DNA from: Octopus vulgaris
Lineage: Eukaryota
Direction: 5' to 3'
NCBI GenBank assembly: GCA_951406725.2
Contig: OX597821.1
Location: forward strand, 106,826,001-106,890,000
Length of the DNA: 64,000 nt
Below the pieces are notes generated by a model. The model ran no database searches. It worked only from the letters and a program-made list of their open reading frames with translations, and was not told where the DNA came from. This document shows positions 57,170 to 64,000 of this stretch, piece by piece; the first letter of the stretch is position 1; each line of letters opens with the position of its first letter. The position numbers were made by a program, and so were the translations under genes.

Positions 57170-59144
57170 AACACCATCCATATTTCTCATATCTTTAATT
57201 TTAATTGCTAAGTTTCTTAAATATTCATTATTTCTATTTGGGTATTTATGGAATTCAATATTTTTACTACCTTCCATATATTATCTTCTAGTAATTGTAA
57301 TTCTTTATTAAATGGAGGTTCCTTTCTAGATTTAAATTTAGAAGTAAAATTGTCATTCCTACTATCATTATCATTAAATAAATAAAAATTATAGTAATAA
57401 GCTTTCCATTTAATTCTAGAAATAAAACCATTAACATTATTAATAAGTGGTTTTGTCTCGAATTAATATTATATAATATTTTACTATAAAATTGGATTTA
57501 ATCCTAAATCTGATTTTTTCCCTGTAAATTTGGATTTATTCCCTAATATTTATTATTATTTAATATATTGATATTTTTGTATATTGAGTGTAATACCTCA
57601 ATTTCGTAAATTATGGAATTTACAGGTAAGATAGAACCGCTATTTTGGGATTCATCTTTGAAAGATATTGCTATACCTTCTAGAAAGGAATTTGTTTTGA
57701 AACTTATTAATAATATTAAAGGTTTTATTTCTAGAATTAAATGGAAAGCTTATTACTATAATTTTTATTTATTTAATGATAATGATAGTAGGAATGCAAA
57801 GAGATTTTAGATATTATAGAACTATTTATTAGAGATAATCGTAAATATAAAAACATTTTCTCTAGTAATTATTTTGGAGTAGGTTATTCCACCACTAATA
57901 ATGTAGGTAACATTATTTCTTCTTTTAATAAATTTAAATTGAATAATTTTTATAAAAATTAATTAATTGATAATAATAATAACATAGACAAGACTTATAT
58001 TAATTGTACTTGTAGAGATAAATCTAAATGTATATTAAATAATAATTGTGATATTAACGATGTAGTGTATAAATGTATAGTTACATTACATGATAATAAC
58101 TTTAAGAATAATAATTACCCAAAAGCGTTTTATATAGGATCTACTTCCTCAAAAATTAAATTAAGAATCGCACAACATATGAATTCTTTTAAAAATAAAA
58201 ACTTAATCAGCTCAACTGGACTTAGTAAGTACATTTGGAGACTTAAATCACAAAATATTAATTATAGTTTAACTTGGGAAATAATTTGTAAAACTAAATC
58301 ATATACTATAGGAGCGAATTGTTGTTACTTATGCTCTAATGAGTTTAAAGAAATTTTATTTTATAAGTATGATAATTTACTTAATACAGGTGAAGAGCGC
58401 AAAATAAAATGCAGACATAGGTTCCTTTACCTATATAATAAGTTTCATGATAAATAACAATTATAGCTCCCTATTAAAGGTTACTTTAGCTTAATATTAA
58501 TTTTAGTTTAGAGTACCATATATTTATAGTTATATAGTTTAGGCTTTAATTATAGTTAGTCTTTAATTGGTATTTCTTTGTTTTAATTAATTCATTTTTA
58601 ATGTTTATTAATATATAACAGTTTATGGTAAGGTAAAACTTTAATAATTTATATTAGATTTATTTTATTTTATTTAATTATTTATTTATTTATTTTATTA
58701 TGTATATGTTATATGTATATATGGGGATATATATTATTATGGAAGATTGGGTGTATTCAGTGGTGTATATATTGAGTTTTGTATGTATGTGTGAATGTTT
58801 ACAATCCCCTTGTATTTTATTTGGTATGTTGAACATGGCAGTTTTATTTGGGTATTGTCTGTTATAATATACGTTTATATAGATATTTAGGAGATTGTCC
58901 GTGAATAAGTAGGTATGGGTGTGTATGCATGTGTGCGTGTGTACAAGTGCAAGTGTAGATGCGGGAGTGTATCAGTGCTATGTAATTGAGTGGGATTATT
59001 TATGCACTTGTATATATGCATGTTTTGAATGTGCGTGTGTTTGCACCCGTCTGCGTGTACACACTCATATATACATATATTAATATTTATTTACTTTTTT
59101 GAAAGAGTGTATTTTATATATATGTGTATGTGATGATATGTGTG

Positions 59145-59198
<54 letters not shown>

Positions 59199-61526
59199 AT
59201 GTTTATGTTTGTATATGTATTTATTTAATAATTTATTGAGTGTGGAAATGAATATATTGGTGTATATATCGAGATTTGTACGTATGTATATGTTTGTGTG
59301 AGTGTGTATATGGTTATGTTTGTGGGTGTGTGTATATATGAGTGTGTATTTGTGTGTATTGTGTTTTGGTAAGGGGTTTTATCTTTATATTTGTATGTAT
59401 GGATTTCATTTATCATGATTATTTTATTAAGAATTTTTTAGTATTTTAGTCCCCATGCATTATAGCTTGGTTTGTTGTTCATGGTAGTTTTTTTTTATTG
59501 GGTATTGTTTTGTAGCCATTTATACGTATATTTAGATGTCTAGGAGAGTGTCCGTGAATATGCATGTGCATGGGTGTGTGTGCATGTGTGCGCGTGTATA
59601 AGTGCATGTGTAGATGTAGGAGTGCATGATTGCTATGTAAAAGTGTGTGCTTGTGTATGCACTTGTATACATGCATGATTGATGTGCGTGAGATTGCACC
59701 CATTTTTAAGGATGTATATATTTATTTATCTGTATGGGTGTGGGAGTGAATTTTTTGGTGTATATATCGAGGTTTATACGTATGTATAGGTATGTGTGAG
59801 TGGGGTGGGTATATGTATATGTAGTGGGTGTGTGTTTTACGTGTGTGTATTTGTGTGTGAATGTATAGATTAGGGGGATTGCTATATAGGTATGTTATAG
59901 TGTTTAGTAAAGGGAGGTTTTATCATTATATGTATTTATGAGTTTTCGTTTATCATGGTAGTTTTATTAAAGAATTTGTAGTAATTTCTGTCTATTTAAG
60001 TTGTTTAATATATTATTCCATTTATTCCATTCATAATTTTTAAGTAATGTTCGTTCACCACGCGCTAAGAATTTTATAATTCCATTCTATTCCATTCATA
60101 ATTTTAAATGACGTTCGTTCACAGAGCGCAAAGAATTTTTATAAATATGTTAGGTTTATAATATGTTATGTTTCTATGGTAACGTAATTTTGTTTGACGT
60201 TATAACGGCTAGAGTTTAATTTCACTTCATAAATTGAAACTGATTTGAAACTATGTATATTTGTTTTCTCCTTATGTTAATCTTGTTACTTATGTTAATC
60301 TGGTTACTTATGGAGTATTTTATATATCGTATTATGTGTAGTAATGTTGTTTTTCTTTTGAGTGTTTATGTATGTGTGAATGTGTGTGTGTGTGCCTATT
60401 TGGTTGTGTAATTTATTTATCTGTATGAGTGTGGGTGTGAACATATTGTTGTATATATCGAGTTTAGTACGTATGTATATGTATATGTGAGGGGGTATAT
60501 GTATATGTTGTGTGTGTGTGTTTTACGTATGTGTATTTGTGTGTGAATGTATATATGGGGATTGCTATATAGGTATTATTGTGTATGGTAAAGGGAGTTT
60601 TATCATTATATGTATATATGGGTTTCATTTATCATGGTTGGTTTATTAATGATTTGGAGTAAATTCTGTATATTTACGTTGATTAAATATTATTCCATTA
60701 TGTTCCATTCATAATTTTTAAAAAAACGTTCGATCACCACGCGCAAAGAATTGTTTATTTTTCTTTTGAGTGTTTATGTATGTGTGAATGTGTGTGTGTG
60801 TGTGTGTGCGTAATTTACTTATCTGTATAGGTGTGGGTGTGAATATATTGGTGTATATATCGAGTTCTGTATGTATGTATATGTATGTGTGAGCGGGTAT
60901 ATGTATATTGTTTATGAATGTGGGTTGTATGTGTGTGTGAGGGAGTATGAATAAGTAATGTGTTGAAGTATTTGGCTATTTTATTAATTTATCGTTGCCT
61001 AGACGTTTTTATGTGTATGTATAGGGATATATATATATAGGTGTGTGAGTTAGTGTATGTATTTAGATATGGTTATATATACTTAGTTATATGTGTATGC
61101 GCATGTGTGTATATATAGTTTATTTTTATTTTGTTTTATATTCAATTGTTTATAGGGTTTATTTTAGATTATATAATGATTATATATGGATTATATATAG
61201 ATTATATATAGATTATATATATTTATATCTTTTTATTGATAATTTTCTTATTTTAAACTTATTTTTTAAACTTATATTTTAAAATATTGATATTTTAGAT
61301 CGGAAATCCACCTGACGAATGTCATTTGAAGACATGAAACGATTGTAGTGGCGGTTTATTTACTTTATATTAAAATTTTATGTATTGATTAAGTCTTTCC
61401 TTGTTTGTTTTGCAAAATAGTGGTTTTTTCTCGAATTGATATTATATAATATTTTACTATAAAATTGGATTTAATCCTAAATCTGATATTTTCCCTGTAA
61501 ATTTGGATTTATTCCCTAATATTTAT

Positions 61527-61530
<4 letters not shown>
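57170..61530 (+). mobile_element. Internally deleted Penelope-like element (same family as 41-47 kb) with direct terminal repeats and a 5' inverted segment
   Basis: 57,448-57,560 is repeated at 61,420-61,530. The N-terminal ORF 57613 (SLKDIAIPS..LI..FISRIKWKA) is fused directly to linker + EN ORF 58065..58457, so RT is missing. 57,170-57,448 is an inverted ORF piece. Confidence 0.88.
61308..61351 (+). ncRNA. Minimal type I hammerhead ribozyme
   Basis: ccac-CTGACGA-atgtc atttgaa gacat-GAAA-cgattg-TA-gtgg. Shows a compensatory stem II change vs the 41,061 copy. Confidence 0.85.
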
Positions 61531-61560
<30 letters not shown>

Positions 61561-61577
61561 CCCACAACTCCACTTTG

Positions 61578-61636
<59 letters not shown>

Positions 61637-61763
61637 ATTGGCTCGAAACGTAAAAGACTTTCTCACATTCCCGAGCGTTAAACTAATACTCCTGTTTGCT
61701 GTTTGCACACCTGTCCTCGTCTTTTGAATTTTTGTAAATTCCAACTATATATACATACATATA

Positions 61764-61822
<59 letters not shown>

Positions 61823-62034
61823 CAATTGCATCGTGGAAGGTGTTTATAAGATATTTAAGTAACACACAAAAACCATTTGATTCACTTCAACATTTAAATT
61901 AATTTGCAACAATATTTTCGTCACGGTCTCCAAACGACGAAAATATATTGGCAAATTAAATTTAAATGTTGAAGTGAATCTAATGGTTTTTGTGTTTCTT
62001 AAATGTCTCATAAACACCTTCCACGCTGCAATTG
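61823..62034. repeat. ~210-nt imperfect palindrome (rearranged homologues at ~184-435 and ~26,060-26,315)
   Basis: caattgcatcgtggaaggtgtttat...gattcacttcaacatttaaatt pairs with aatttaaatgttgaagtgaatc...ataaacaccttccacgctgcaattg. Confidence 0.9.
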
Positions 62035-62705
62035 TTTTCGTTCCAGCACACGATCTATAATACAGGGTAAAATAAATAAATTAATAATTAATAATTTTAC
62101 CAAGTAGACAGTACGTTAAAATTACCTTTTTATGTGAATTATACATACTATTTTGTAATTATATATATAATTATAATCAGGAGTCAGCTTATTGATTCGC
62201 CACGTACTGAATTAGAAATAGACGCTAATATCTTTACAACTACTATAAATATCTCCGAGACAGTAACACACTTTTTACTCCCTGATCGAATCTACAGTTT
62301 TCTGCAGGAGTTTTCGTAATACGCGCGTGGATATAATGGATAAATATGTAATCACATTCGGTTGTATATTTTGGGGAGTGCAGTTGAATATGCGATGGTA
62401 CTTGATCGCGTACATAGTTAACCCTAACACTCGCAAATTTATACCTCAAAATATCACAATGAGAAGAAATGTAGGTAACTATAATTTACTTTAATTTCGA
62501 ATCACATCCGTGGTAAATCGAAATCGAGTGGATTCATCAATTTTTTTTTTGGCTTACAAAAAATGTATGTTACTGTCTCGGAGATATTTATGGTAACTGA
62601 AAAGACATTAGCGTCTATTTCTAATTCGGTACGTGGCGAAGCAATTAGCGGAGTCCTGATTATAATTATGTGTACAATTATAGAATATTTTGAGTATATA
62701 TATAT

Positions 62706-62898
62706 ATTATATTGAGGGTACTACTATTCCACACGCTAAAGAGGGACCAATGAGGTCATGCGGTCAAAAAAAGAATTTTTTTAATGATTTGCTTTGAAGT
62801 TTTGCATTCGGTAAAATTTTGTTTATTTTAGTAGTTTTGACCGCATTGGTCCCTCTTTAGCGTGTGGTATCTAAGAATAGTAGTACCATCAATATAAT
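62706..62898. repeat. Inverted-repeat element specific to unit 3, inserted in (TA)n
   Basis: ggtactactatt-ccacacgctaaagagggaccaatg..tgcggtcaaaa pairs with ttttgaccgcattggtccctctttagcgtgtgg..aatagtagtacc. Confidence 0.85.
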
Positions 62899-63005
62899 AT
62901 AAATAAATATTTTCAAAGTGGAAAAATTTACGGATTTTTTCTCTTACGAATTTTTTCACGCTAACTACTGATAATTTCTTTTAAAGATTTTATTCTCAAT
63001 TGTTA

Positions 63006-63054
<49 letters not shown>

Positions 63055-64000
63055 ATGGATGTATATATGTGTGTATGCGTGTAACGTATGTGTGTGTATG
63101 TATGTGTGTGAGTGTGGATATACATGTTTAGTAGGTGCAGCCAATGGTTCTCCCTTTGGGATTAAGACTCAATGCGTATATCACCAAAACGAATGCCGCG
63201 TATCATTTATTTAGTCCGCCAGTATCTCTAATATTCCAACATCATAAATAATTGGTCCCTATCAAACGGGCCAATGTGCTGTCTATATTGATATCATTGA
63301 AGAAATCGAACACTTGTACACGAAGCATATTGCCTCAATGTAAGAGATCCGTTTGAGAGATACGCCAAAATTTCTACGACTTTGCTCGATAGAACAAAGA
63401 GAAAATTATGCGATTCTATATTTCTGATAGATTCTGAAGCGTTGGTACTAAAAGTTATTTTAATACCTGAACGGATCACCACTGTATAGTGGCAAACAAA
63501 AGATCGAAAGCTAGATACCACAATAGCTTTGTGATTAAATATCCTACCGAAATTCGTAATAGATATACATGAATGAATGTAGATCGTGTCATAATATAAA
63601 GTGATGCCATCGGACACGAAGGATGCGGCGTAGACAGAGGTTATCGAAGGATTCTAGTCGCTTAATATCTTACACCCTCATCGTCCATGACTCGCTGCCG
63701 TAAAGGAGAATCGTTCGCACTAGTGCTTGGTAGAATTCATCTACAAGTGCTTGGAGAATTCATCTACGAAGCAATAGCCCAAGTTCCCCTTCAGGGTTGA
63801 CGAAAGCGATGTGGTGGACAACGAAAAACCTGGTTGATGACAGTCAAGTCTGATCTGGAACCCTATTTAGACCCCCATATCAACGGCGTTCGCTGATGGA
63901 TTAAGGAGTGGTTGGAGACCACGCGGTCGTTAGCCTCAAATCACCAGGTCTGCTCGGTGTTTGTGCAGGCTGCAGCATTGAGGATGAATGAAGTCAGCTC

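Larger units (their letters stand above)
61820..64000. repeat. Start of duplication unit 3 (more diverged copy of ~180-2,084)
   Basis: ORF 62134 matches 566/26445 and ORF 63294 matches 1316/27303. The window ends in gaggatgaatgaagtcagctc, which matches 2,064-2,084. Confidence 0.92.

Overview
AT-rich, microsatellite-dense eukaryotic DNA. The SINE and repeat complement looks like coleoid cephalopod, probably Octopus (inference). The window is a tandem array of a large duplicated unit: unit 1 ~1-25,876; unit 2 ~25,877-61,800, expanded by Penelope-like insertions; unit 3 starts at ~61,820. The main biological content is a minus-strand cluster of gustatory-receptor-like (GR/GRL, 7TM ion-channel superfamily) genes that the ORF track only fragments. 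Each unit carries TWO divergent large first exons, A and B. Each reconstructs to 951 nt/317 codons, has its own TATA box, and ends at ...LNKS on a phase-0 GT donor. Each unit has only ONE set of three small phase-0 C-terminal exons that I could find (VHSITQ...VVAK / IFVFLNRL...STLT / MIGSFITYILVVIQTKPL*, with the TYxxxxxQ TM7 motif). This suggests a variable-first-exon, shared-C-terminus receptor locus giving ~388-aa proteins. Three of the four first exons in view are clearly disrupted and one differs from intact by a single homopolymer base, while the shared exons are intact. The rest is Penelope-like retroelements (RT, GIY-YIG, hammerhead ribozymes), CR1-like and R4/Dong-like LINE remnants, tRNA-SINEs, a pogo/Tigger-like MITE, foldback palindromes and a 1.3-kb (AAT)n tract. 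All calls are by eye; no database searches were run.
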